DNA from: a virus
Taxonomy: Duplodnaviria; Caudoviricetes
DNA: 64,000 bases
Reading direction: 5' to 3' (one strand)
Virus record (IMG/VR): IMGVR_UViG_3300028920_000023
A program made the position numbers and the translations under genes. This document shows, one piece after another, positions 37,026 to 46,306 of this stretch; within the stretch, counting starts at the first letter, position 1, and the number at the start of each line of letters is the position of its first letter. A model generated the notes under the pieces. That model made no database searches and was not told where the DNA came from. It was given only the letters and a program-made list of their open reading frames with translations.

Positions 37026-39299
37026 ATGGAACTGAGTGAAAAACTAGATCGCGTGTTTGGTCTAAAGCAAGTATTCGTTGAAGAAAATCAAGTATTAGAC
37101 GCCAACAAATGGCAAGCAGCAGACCCAGACCACCTAAACAAATTAGCTTTCTCTAAAAGCACAGGAGCACGAATGAACGCGCTCCTGAGAATCTTACGCG
37201 ATCTAGGCGAATACGACCTATTAAACACAATCAAAAAATATGACTCAGAAAATCCAAATTCAAGAAATCTAGCTTATGAGCTATACAAGCAAGCACGCAA
37301 AGAAGCACGCAAAGAAGCCAACAAAAGAGCTGCCATAGACCCCACCAGACGCGGCAAAGTCTTACGCAGAAGAGAAGCAGAAGCGCCAGCAGCTGGTATA
37401 GAGAAATCCCCAGAATCCAAACTGGTGGACCTGGCCCAAGCACGAGAAAAACCAGACAGAGAAAGACCAGACGATTATCGTTGGGCAATCATGGATGTAG
37501 ACACCGGAGAATATGCCAAAGACGACCAAGGCCACGCCATAACCGCAGAAACAGAAGACGACGCCCAAGCCCTAATCGACGGCGAAGTCGATATGTTCCC
37601 AGACCCGGACCAGTACACACCTAAAAGAATTGAAAACCCCAAATCACTAAAAGCACTAAGTAAAATCGTTAAACCACTACAGAATGGTTGGACTATGGAC
37701 GAAGTAGTCAAAGCGCTCATGCCTTATATCAGAAGTTTATCATGGAAATTCAGAAATGAAAAAGCAGACTTCGACGACCTAACTCAGACAGGCGCATTAG
37801 CCGTACACAACGCTATAGAAACAGACAAAGGCATAGCGCCATTCGCATGGCACGCCTATCCGCATGTCAAAGGGGCAATCATGAACACCGCCCTACGTGG
37901 TGGCGTAGTGTCCGGAGGAGAAAGAACATTCCGGCAAAAAGGACCAATCTCCGGATATACCATACTCTGGCGAGAACCAGAAGACAACCCAGACGAAGAA
38001 CCTAGATCAATTCACTTCGGCAGTAAAGAAATGACCGGAGCTCAATATGGGGGAACAGCTAGAGCAGAAGCGGGAAAAGGCGGAAGATCCGACCCCGGTC
38101 TAGAAAAAGCAAAACAGATGCAAGACCGACTCCGCGAAAGAGGTATCATCTCAGCCATCCGACCAGAACGACAAAGACTGGCGTCAATGGCATCCAAACT
38201 AAAAGGATCAGAAGGACAAACCGAACTTGGCGATACAGTCAAAGCAACCAAAGTAGCATCCCCAGAATTCATAACCCAACAGCAAGAATTATTCAATATG
38301 CTTATGGATAAAGCAGAATTGAATGATAAAGAAAAAGAAGTAATGAGAATGGCCTATGGACTCGATGTACCAGAAGCAGGACTTAGAGGCCCCTCCTACA
38401 GCGGAAGAGACCAAGGCGTCTTCGGTCCACCCGAATCAGGTGAAAAAGAAAGAAAACCGGGAGAACAATGGGGCATACCCTCGCCAACTGCCCAAGGCAA
38501 GCTCCTCAGACGCCATGCAGGCGAACTCGAAGGAGAACCCGAAGCAAGAGGGCCAGTAGAAATATCCGATATCCTGGGAATGCCGCGTAGCACCGTAAAA
38601 CGAAATTTCCAATCCGGTAGTAAGAAGCTGTACAAAGCAAGAGACGAACTATACAAACAATACCCGCATCTGCGACCCTTCATGAACAAAGCCTTTGGGA
38701 AGAAAAAAGCAGAAGAACCAGTAGGGAAGCCAACAAAGAAAGCCGCAAGGAAACCAAAGCCCGCAACAGTACCGGCTGCAGCGCCAGGGCAATACGACCA
38801 AGAAACGCTAGACTGGGCTCAAAAACACGGCTTCCCGCCAGAACAAGCCGCAATAATGATGCAAGCATTACGTAGCGCAGGAAAATTAGATGATAGCTTA
38901 GACAGAATCTTCGATGGGGAACTAGATCAACTGGACGAGCGATTTGGGCGAAAAGAAGTACCAAACATCAAAGCAACAAACTATTATTGCGCACGATGTG
39001 GGGAAACTACAAGACACTCCCTCAGAGGAGATAAATCGACCTGCGAAAAATGTGGAGCCATAAAAAGCAAAGTAACAGAAAGCCAAGCAGTATACGAAGC
39101 CAACATCATGTACCGTACATTCCTTAAAGCAACAAGGAAAATACGTAAAGCAGCCATAGAAGAAATAGACGAAAGATCAAAGCACATCCTAGAAGGAATA
39201 GACGAGCAAGAAATCAAAAACCTCTTAGAAATAGAAGACATCTGCAGACAACACCTGATAAAAGCAATCGTCTCCGGAGATTACAACGACATCGTCTAA
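37026..39299 (+). CDS. giant sigma-70-like factor (757 aa), paralogue of 5093..7051
   Basis: Region 2-like DDLTQTGALAVHNAIETDKGIAPFAWHAYPHVKGAI; region 3.2/4.1-like TELGDTV...SPE...LNDKEKEVMRMAYGL; HTH EISDILGMPRSTVKR. Confidence 0.75.
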   Translation: MELSEKLDRVFGLKQVFVEENQVLDANKWQAADPDHLNKLAFSKSTGARMNALLRILRDLGEYDLLNTIKKYDSENPNSRNLAYELYKQARKEARKEANKRAAIDPTRRGKVLRRREAEAPAAGIEKSPESKLVDLAQAREKPDRERPDDYRWAIMDVDTGEYAKDDQGHAITAETEDDAQALIDGEVDMFPDPDQYTPKRIENPKSLKALSKIVKPLQNGWTMDEVVKALMPYIRSLSWKFRNEKADFDDLTQTGALAVHNAIETDKGIAPFAWHAYPHVKGAIMNTALRGGVVSGGERTFRQKGPISGYTILWREPEDNPDEEPRSIHFGSKEMTGAQYGGTARAEAGKGGRSDPGLEKAKQMQDRLRERGIISAIRPERQRLASMASKLKGSEGQTELGDTVKATKVASPEFITQQQELFNMLMDKAELNDKEKEVMRMAYGLDVPEAGLRGPSYSGRDQGVFGPPESGEKERKPGEQWGIPSPTAQGKLLRRHAGELEGEPEARGPVEISDILGMPRSTVKRNFQSGSKKLYKARDELYKQYPHLRPFMNKAFGKKKAEEPVGKPTKKAARKPKPATVPAAAPGQYDQETLDWAQKHGFPPEQAAIMMQALRSAGKLDDSLDRIFDGELDQLDERFGRKEVPNIKATNYYCARCGETTRHSLRGDKSTCEKCGAIKSKVTESQAVYEANIMYRTFLKATRKIRKAAIEEIDERSKHILEGIDEQEIKNLLEIEDICRQHLIKAIVSGDYNDIV

Positions 39300-39673
39300 G
39301 TTTCCTCGGAGGAAACCTCATCATCAAACTCGACAGAACGACGCTGCAACTCTAAAATATCAGGCTCTTTTTCGGCCAGTCTCTCATTACCAAGAGACTG
39401 GCCTTTCTCTATCCACTCGTCTTTCTCAAGTATGGACTCCACACGGTTCTCGTCTAGAAATATCCACTCCACTTCACTAAATGTTCCACAGACCCTCTCG
39501 TGGACATTCTTGAAGAAACCCTGGAATGATGGTATCTGCCGGCCTTTGTTATCGCGAACCACAACGATCCCAGAGTGATAAAGAACGACCTTTACGACGT
39601 TTCGATATGACATTATGAACACACTCCTCAGATATCGGCCTAAACGAATCATCCGAATGGTAAATACCCTCAC
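39296..39673 (-). CDS. hypothetical protein
   Basis: Overlaps the next ORF; start may be 39613. Confidence 0.5.
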   Translation of the reverse strand: MRVFTIRMIRLGRYLRSVFIMSYRNVVKVVLYHSGIVVVRDNKGRQIPSFQGFFKNVHERVCGTFSEVEWIFLDENRVESILEKDEWIEKGQSLGNERLAEKEPDILELQRRSVEFDDEVSSEET

Positions 39674-40805
39674 CGAGATCTAGAGCAATATCGCTGACAT
39701 CCATATCCTCAACCTCGGACCCAGCAGCATCCTCAATCTCTTCATCATCTGGAAATTCATCATCAACGTCAATATCTGTATCTTCTATCTCATCCTCAGG
39801 CTGAGTACCGTAGTCCTGAGCAGGTTCCTCGATAGGTTCTTGTTGTTTATACCTATTCGAATTACCATCGAGCATATAATCTGCCATTTTCTGGATGAAA
39901 CTAGCTGCATCTTCGCCTTCTGGCACATCTAGACGACCTTTGTCCAAAATCTTGTCATCCCTCCACAACTGCGCCATATAACGCCCCGGAACCATATTGA
40001 CCGGACGAAATCTCAACTTAAAACCATCTGACCTCTCGAAACCAATATCCTTCTTGTTCGGCAATTCCAAAGACGACCAAGAAGGAATCTCCGGACCAGT
40101 CTCTTCATCACCCAGACCACCCAGATCATCCTCCAGACCACCCAGATCATCCTCCAAATCACCTAGATCATCATCCAATTCATCATCCAATTCATCATCC
40201 ATACCTAATTCCTCATCATCGGCCTCTGTAGGGTCCTGCGAAGGAGGAGGATCACCAGCACTAGGCAGATCCTCTCCCTTGCCCCAACGATCCGGAGAAG
40301 AATAAGGATCAGAAGAAGACGGAAGGCCCTCTATAGCCTCCCTAATACCCAAGAAATCCCTCTGTAATACACCAGAAATCTCTCTGAGGCGCTCCCCAAT
40401 CTCAAGGAAATCATGGCGTTTCTCACCATCAGGATAATATCCAGCAAGCTCCATCCACTTATCAACAATACCATCCAACTGATTCTTAGCATTCTCAAGG
40501 GTATAACCACTACCTCCTGGGGTAGAACCACCATAATTCTCAGCTTCTTTGGACTGATCAGGATCTTTGATGCTTACGTCGATTTCCTCTTCTTCTCTTA
40601 TAATACCATCACTTAATCTGACCTTATCTCTTTGTAGGTTGGTATTGACCTGCTGTACGGCAACAGGCTGGTCAGGCAATGGTTCCATTCTCTGTAACCT
40701 AGAACTGGCCTTAGACATCCTGGTGTCCGAAGACAACCTCGGGTCTAAATCTTCAAGATTATCTATTTCAAGTCGCTTATCGAGTATTTTCTCTAGATTT
40801 TCCAT
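39549..40805 (-). CDS. highly acidic hypothetical protein (possible head scaffold/core)
   Basis: Long D/E tracts; AAAAGATA motif and GGAG SD upstream. Confidence 0.75.
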   Translation of the reverse strand: MENLEKILDKRLEIDNLEDLDPRLSSDTRMSKASSRLQRMEPLPDQPVAVQQVNTNLQRDKVRLSDGIIREEEEIDVSIKDPDQSKEAENYGGSTPGGSGYTLENAKNQLDGIVDKWMELAGYYPDGEKRHDFLEIGERLREISGVLQRDFLGIREAIEGLPSSSDPYSSPDRWGKGEDLPSAGDPPPSQDPTEADDEELGMDDELDDELDDDLGDLEDDLGGLEDDLGGLGDEETGPEIPSWSSLELPNKKDIGFERSDGFKLRFRPVNMVPGRYMAQLWRDDKILDKGRLDVPEGEDAASFIQKMADYMLDGNSNRYKQQEPIEEPAQDYGTQPEDEIEDTDIDVDDEFPDDEEIEDAAGSEVEDMDVSDIALDLGEGIYHSDDSFRPISEECVHNVISKRRKGRSLSLWDRCGSR

Positions 40806-40844
40806 TTACACGCTCCCGTTTCTTTATCTTTTCAGGAGCACCAC

Positions 40845-41108
40845 CTAGAGATCCAGAATACGAATATCATATTGCCCAAACCTACGAGGTTCAACCTTTG
40901 GCGTCTTCTCCTCGGTCCTAACATCCCCCTGCCCCAACCTACGCATCTCATCTAGAGCATCAGACTTAGAATAAAGCCTACCAAAGCCAGACCATCTACG
41001 CCCATCCCAATATTCCACAAAAATTGACGAACCTATCTTACGAGTTATACAAAAATGGCCCTCGACACCATCAGCGCGATCCGTAAGGAACATATCAGTC
41101 ACTTCCAT
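40845..41108 (-). CDS. small hypothetical protein ending in RILDL
   Basis: 87 aa, directly downstream of thyX. Confidence 0.6.
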   Translation of the reverse strand: MEVTDMFLTDRADGVEGHFCITRKIGSSIFVEYWDGRRWSGFGRLYSKSDALDEMRRLGQGDVRTEEKTPKVEPRRFGQYDIRILDL

Positions 41109-41989
41109 GGGGCTCTCATACCTAATGCTTCAAGCTTCTCCTCAATCTCAACACGTTCTCTATTCTTGCGTGGTTTATGATCTGGATCAATAAGCTTAGC
41201 TCCGATAGCTATAGAATATACCCCATCAATATCTCCGACAGCAAGACTATTAATAATCCTGGATTCCAGGGAGGATAATGTTATACTATTTAAAGAATAA
41301 TCTTCGAAAGCTTCCCAAGCCAACGGACACCATTTCTGGACAATCTTACCAATAACATTAGCATAGGCCCTGATTTCACATTGTGCATGGCTATCCATGC
41401 GCAACCTAAGAAAATGCAACAAATTATGCAGATCAATTTTCCAATACGCCTCAGTATAAGTCGAGAGGGGCAAATCCTTCCTAGCCTGCTCACGTGCTAC
41501 ACCCTGCTCAATCCTATACTTATAAACAGACCCAGCCTCCTCCAACAACTTCTTCTCCTGCTCAGACAAAATAGTGCCAACCCGAGCATCAAGATAATCG
41601 CCACTCCCCTGCTTATTGTCCTTGTTCTGGAAACGCCACTGACAGACTTCCGTAGCATAGGCAGAACCAATGGCGAACGAATACCTCGTAGAATATTCGT
41701 TAACAGAAGCAGTCCGATGCCGAATCCACTGTCTCCAACAATCCATAGGCACACGAACATGCAATTTGATCTCGCACATCTCAAAGGGCGTAGTATGCCT
41801 ATGCCTCATCAAATATCGAATCAAACCACGATCTTCACTAATCTTCTTGGTTCCACTGCCGTAAGAAACACGAGCAGCCTGAACAATAGAAGCATCATTG
41901 CCCATATAATCCACAACGCGAACGAAACCATTATCAAGAACATCAAAGTTATGATCAATAATCTCTTCCAAACCCTCAGAAATAATCAC
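41099..41989 (-). CDS. thyX: FAD-dependent thymidylate synthase
   Basis: ARVSY, RHRHTTPFEM, RHRTASVNEYSTRY, EQARKDLP, LR....AQ.EIR.YA. Confidence 0.97.
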   Translation of the reverse strand: MIISEGLEEIIDHNFDVLDNGFVRVVDYMGNDASIVQAARVSYGSGTKKISEDRGLIRYLMRHRHTTPFEMCEIKLHVRVPMDCWRQWIRHRTASVNEYSTRYSFAIGSAYATEVCQWRFQNKDNKQGSGDYLDARVGTILSEQEKKLLEEAGSVYKYRIEQGVAREQARKDLPLSTYTEAYWKIDLHNLLHFLRLRMDSHAQCEIRAYANVIGKIVQKWCPLAWEAFEDYSLNSITLSSLESRIINSLAVGDIDGVYSIAIGAKLIDPDHKPRKNRERVEIEEKLEALGMRAPWK

Positions 41990-42642
41990 CTCTTAATCCT
42001 CTCCTTAACTGGTAGTTTCATACGTCTCTTGAACGTCTTATCGTCCTTGCCACCAGCTGCCATCCCTGGCTTATCATGAGCATCCGTATTTCGTTTACCA
42101 CATGCCCAATGACGGTGCTCAAAAAGAGGAGAAGATTTCCTGACATTCCTTAATAATCCAAGATCTTGTAGATTATGATACAATTCAGCATCCGAAAACT
42201 GCCAAACATACGCAGGATGATAAATGAACCTATTCAATTTAAGTAGACAAGAATAGGTCATAATAGGAATAGTAACACAACCACCCTGCTGATAACCATC
42301 CTTAACCATCAAACAACCATCAAAATTCTCGAACTCCTTAAGGAGATACTCATCCCAACCCTTCGGAGCATAAAAATCATCAGAAATCAGAATAACAACA
42401 TCACCATCATTAGCAATCACACGCTTCGATAACACATTGGTAGCATGTACAGGACCTTTCTTTTGGTCCCCAACAACAAAAACATCCTTGAAATTAGGTA
42501 ACCTATCTCTCTGTTCTTGGGTGTTGACAGCTACAATAGTTCTTATCTTAGCTTTTGAGGTCTTATTAGTTATCCAGTGTTTATATGTTTCTTTCATAAC
42601 TTCTGGACGTACTGTTGGCCATAGGAAAATTATTTCCCTCAT
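41986..42642 (-). CDS. GT-A fold (GT2-like) glycosyltransferase
   Basis: ISDDFY DxD-like motif, WD..L, Y...FSD.EL, FEHRHW. Confidence 0.75.
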   Translation of the reverse strand: MREIIFLWPTVRPEVMKETYKHWITNKTSKAKIRTIVAVNTQEQRDRLPNFKDVFVVGDQKKGPVHATNVLSKRVIANDGDVVILISDDFYAPKGWDEYLLKEFENFDGCLMVKDGYQQGGCVTIPIMTYSCLLKLNRFIYHPAYVWQFSDAELYHNLQDLGLLRNVRKSSPLFEHRHWACGKRNTDAHDKPGMAAGGKDDKTFKRRMKLPVKERIKR

Positions 42643-42655
42643 TAGAATCCTCCAA

Positions 42656-43378
42656 CTAGAATTTATAATTAGCCATTAAGAACTCTTTGTCCCTCTTCAC
42701 ACAAGCGTCAAAGTTAGTCAATAATTCCTGATATAAAGGACCATTCTGAGCCTGCCGGCCCATCTGATAATTAGTTTCATGAGGAAGGTGCATAGTAAGT
42801 TTCTTCAGGTTTTTCTGTTTAGTCAATTTTTTCACCTTAGTACGCATATAACAATCTTCCCAACCATAAACCTTAAACAATTCACAATGACCACCAATAC
42901 GAACAAAAGCCTCTCTAGTAAGAGCAATACAAGCACCAGGAGCATCGCGAAGACAAGATTTAAAATCAGTATTAACAACCTTCTGTACATGTCCAGGGTC
43001 GATACCAATACGCCGAATATGGTTCATACCAAGATTCACACAATTCTCACCGACCCTAACAGACTCATTGCCCTGTTTGATAGCTTCGATTATCATATCA
43101 TAATATGCAAGTCTAAATACGATATCAGCATCTTGGAAAATGAAAATATTGGTCTTAGCCATAGAAGCACCAATATTATTAGCCTTAGCCGACTCAAACG
43201 GCTCAGGGACAAATTTTTTACGAACACCCTTAATATCAGCTAAATTTATATCCTTCTCCATAGCAACCACAATACATTCCAAATTACTCCTCTTCAAAGC
43301 ATGCCTCAATACTATCTTAAGATTTTCCGCTCTTCTATGTGATCTATTAGAGAATCTGAAAATCACAGATGCTGTCAT
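42656..43378 (-). CDS. GT2/GT7-like glycosyltransferase
   Basis: F..A.A.N.GA, FQDAD, F..IGG..E.F..YGWED. Confidence 0.8.
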   Translation of the reverse strand: MTASVIFRFSNRSHRRAENLKIVLRHALKRSNLECIVVAMEKDINLADIKGVRKKFVPEPFESAKANNIGASMAKTNIFIFQDADIVFRLAYYDMIIEAIKQGNESVRVGENCVNLGMNHIRRIGIDPGHVQKVVNTDFKSCLRDAPGACIALTREAFVRIGGHCELFKVYGWEDCYMRTKVKKLTKQKNLKKLTMHLPHETNYQMGRQAQNGPLYQELLTNFDACVKRDKEFLMANYKF

Positions 43379-44319
43379 CCGAACACCCTCTTAATCGCAT
43401 TATCTAGTTGGGAGAACCTACTCTCGCAACTATACTGACGACCAGGACCACCCAACCATTCCTCGATGCGATCTAGATAGCCCTGATATTCGCTATCCGG
43501 CATCTTCTCGCAAAAATCAAAAGCTCTGCTAAAATCAGAAATATACTTCCTGAGATCTATAAAGGTGCCTGGGGGAAGCAAACTCTCAACATTATAACAC
43601 CCAAAATAAATCGGCACAGAATAAGAAAAGAAAGCATGCCAAATCTTCTCAGTCAAATAATTGATACTATATACAGGATGATAAGTATTCTCAACAGCAA
43701 AAACAAACTTAGCACCAGCCATCAACTTCCTAGCATCATTAAACTTAACAGGAGAACCCCTATGACCCTGTATATAAGCCTCGCCACCATAATTCGGATC
43801 ATCCTTAGGCCAGGCCGTACCAAAATACCTAAAAGAACGTCCCCTACCAGCATTCACAATTCTCTTTCTAAGATAACCTACATTACACTCCTCATTACCC
43901 GGTTTCTTATCACCCTTATTACCCAAAACCATACCAAAAGTATGATCTATTTTCTTGCTCTTCTTAATCTCCTCATAATCATTATATTCACAATTCCAGT
44001 GAGTACCAATCTGAATCTTAGTGCAATTTTTATCATTAGCATATTTGTCATTAAAATGAAACCTATGGCTCCATTTAGTGAAATTTTTCTTCCAATTCAC
44101 ATACTCATTTCTAAGATAAGTATAACTCTCCCAGAACAAGCTAGCCTTGTGAAAATTACCACCTCTCCAATTATATCCATTGGTCGTAAGCCACAAATCG
44201 CCCTTTCTTGGCATATTCTTATGGCCATTTAACCAAGTATTCTGAAAAGGAAGACCAGCCAGTTTAGACAACTCAAACTCGGCCTCTAACGGACTCCAAG
44301 AAGTATACAGCACCCTCAT
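43375..44319 (-). CDS. GT10 (alpha-1,3/4-fucosyltransferase-like) glycosyltransferase
   Basis: KFVFAVEN...YLTEKIWHAF...PIYFG motif. Confidence 0.85.
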   Translation of the reverse strand: MRVLYTSWSPLEAEFELSKLAGLPFQNTWLNGHKNMPRKGDLWLTTNGYNWRGGNFHKASLFWESYTYLRNEYVNWKKNFTKWSHRFHFNDKYANDKNCTKIQIGTHWNCEYNDYEEIKKSKKIDHTFGMVLGNKGDKKPGNEECNVGYLRKRIVNAGRGRSFRYFGTAWPKDDPNYGGEAYIQGHRGSPVKFNDARKLMAGAKFVFAVENTYHPVYSINYLTEKIWHAFFSYSVPIYFGCYNVESLLPPGTFIDLRKYISDFSRAFDFCEKMPDSEYQGYLDRIEEWLGGPGRQYSCESRFSQLDNAIKRVFG

Positions 44320-45344
44320 CTGTCATCCCCCGCAGTCTCGTACCAAGAAATCGTATCCCTAAGACCCTGTTCAAGAGAAACCTCACTAGACCAACCCGCA
44401 ACCTCACGAAAATTCGAAGAATCGACATTCCGCCTAGGCTGACCATCGGGTTTAAGATTATTATAGACAAAATCACCCTCATAACCAATAAGATTAGCTA
44501 TGAGATCAACCAAATCCCTAATTTTAATCTCCTCACCAGAACCAATACAAAATGGACCTATATCCGGTAAGCCTATTGACTTGATTATAGCATTGGCACA
44601 ATCATCAACATATAGAAATTCTCTGGTGGCCTCACCAGTGCCCCAAATCTCGACTGAATCTTTGTTCAAGGCTTTGGCTTCGAAACATTTTCGAATTAGA
44701 GCTGGTATAACGTGGCTAGTATTGAGGTCGAAATTATCTCTAGGACCATATAGATTAGTGGGGATCAGATATACGGATCTGAATGAGTATTGTTGTTGAT
44801 ACGCCATGAGCATAGTCAGAAGTGCTTTTTTGGCGATACCGTAGGGTGCATTGGTTTCTTCTGGAAAGCCATTCCAGAGGTCCTCAATTTGGAATGGGCA
44901 TTTTGTGAATTTTGGAAAACTGCACACTGTGCCTATCTGTATAAATTTCTCTACACCTGCTTTCATACTCTCATGAATAAGATTCAGACCCATAGCCATA
45001 TTATTATAGAAAAAATCACCAGGCATATCCCTATTCGCTCCAATACCACCAACATTCGCAGCTAAATGAATAACCACATCTGGTCTATGGATTCTCAATA
45101 ATTGTCTAATATCTTCTACAATAGTCAGATCATAAGGACCAACATATTGCGTCCTATCTGGTGAATAATTACCATGAGTTCTAGATGGTACTATGATTGC
45201 TTCTACGGGGTAGGTTCCAATTAGTGAGGTCAGACGGGATCCCAAAAAGCCAGTTCCGCCTGTGATTAGAATTCTTGCTCCTGATAAGTGCGATATTAGG
45301 ATTCTTGCTTGCGGTATGCTCATTATTGGCTCTCCAAGGTTCAT
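44316..45344 (-). CDS. fcl: GDP-L-fucose synthase
   Basis: GGTGFLG, HLAANVGGIGAN, YGIAK, NLYGPRDNFD...SHVIPALIRK, WGTG...REFLYVDD, PDGQPRR. Confidence 0.93.
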   Translation of the reverse strand: MNLGEPIMSIPQARILISHLSGARILITGGTGFLGSRLTSLIGTYPVEAIIVPSRTHGNYSPDRTQYVGPYDLTIVEDIRQLLRIHRPDVVIHLAANVGGIGANRDMPGDFFYNNMAMGLNLIHESMKAGVEKFIQIGTVCSFPKFTKCPFQIEDLWNGFPEETNAPYGIAKKALLTMLMAYQQQYSFRSVYLIPTNLYGPRDNFDLNTSHVIPALIRKCFEAKALNKDSVEIWGTGEATREFLYVDDCANAIIKSIGLPDIGPFCIGSGEEIKIRDLVDLIANLIGYEGDFVYNNLKPDGQPRRNVDSSNFREVAGWSSEVSLEQGLRDTISWYETAGDDR

Positions 45345-45376
45345 ACCTATATATCATGAGCCAATAACATCAGGAA

Positions 45377-45721
45377 TTATAACTGTCTAAGAGCAGAGTC
45401 CAACCTATCATCTAGACTTTGGGGTTTATAATTAATAGTCGCTAACGGTTTCTGATCTTTAATACTAAGAACTTGCTCGTTACAATTATCCTTGTTCCTC
45501 GACCATTCATGATTACAATCTGCACAGTGATTCGGTTCTTCTTTATTCCCAAGAAGAACATCTTCGGAATCACATTTTGGACATCTAATTTTATTCTCTA
45601 ATAGGTTCTTAGCGGAACTAATTCTAGCCGCAGTAGTATTAAGATTGCCTTTCTGGAGATGCAGAAGACCCTCTCTCAGGCATCGGATAGCGCTATTTAG
45701 TCTCTTTCTTGAAATATTCAT
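45377..45721 (-). CDS. hypothetical zinc-ribbon protein
   Basis: CPKC...CADC; CAAAAATA at 45736-45743 upstream. Confidence 0.7.
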   Translation of the reverse strand: MNISRKRLNSAIRCLREGLLHLQKGNLNTTAARISSAKNLLENKIRCPKCDSEDVLLGNKEEPNHCADCNHEWSRNKDNCNEQVLSIKDQKPLATINYKPQSLDDRLDSALRQL

Positions 45722-45730
45722 AATTCCTCC

Positions 45731-46306
45731 CTAGATATTTTTGCTGTTAATATTAATTCCTTTACGTCTTCTATACATCACGATTTCCCTCATCTTATCC
45801 GGCACTTTCTCCATCTCCTCCTTGTATCGCTGATGAAAATACTCTATATAAGCGAAATGTCCAACTATAATATAATCACAACCCACCTTGTCCCTACAAA
45901 AACGAAGAGCATCCCTACGCAATACCTTATAATCCTTATTATACAAAACCATCCTATGTGGAAACGTCAACCTATTAGGATTATAAGTCTTAAACATTAC
46001 AAAATCAGGCAAAGGCCTAAACAACTTCTTAGTAGCATTACTAGATATCTGCTTATGGACCCTCTTTACATCCTGAAGCACATGTGGAAAAACCAATTTC
46101 AAGAACTCTACAAGATCATCCCTAAGCCCCTTCTTAAAAAGTGCTTTCTCAATCTGAATCATCTTATCACGGTTTTTACTACAGGTCTCATTCTTAGCAA
46201 GATGATTCATCAAATCCCTATGAAGATCCTTCTCACGTTTCAACAGCCAATCATGAAAGGCTTTCTCATGGGATAATGCACAAAATTGACTAGTTCTTAT
46301 GTTCAT
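45731..46306 (-). CDS. hypothetical protein
   Basis: 191 aa; ATGA-coupled to the upstream gene. Confidence 0.7.
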   Translation of the reverse strand: MNIRTSQFCALSHEKAFHDWLLKREKDLHRDLMNHLAKNETCSKNRDKMIQIEKALFKKGLRDDLVEFLKLVFPHVLQDVKRVHKQISSNATKKLFRPLPDFVMFKTYNPNRLTFPHRMVLYNKDYKVLRRDALRFCRDKVGCDYIIVGHFAYIEYFHQRYKEEMEKVPDKMREIVMYRRRKGININSKNI

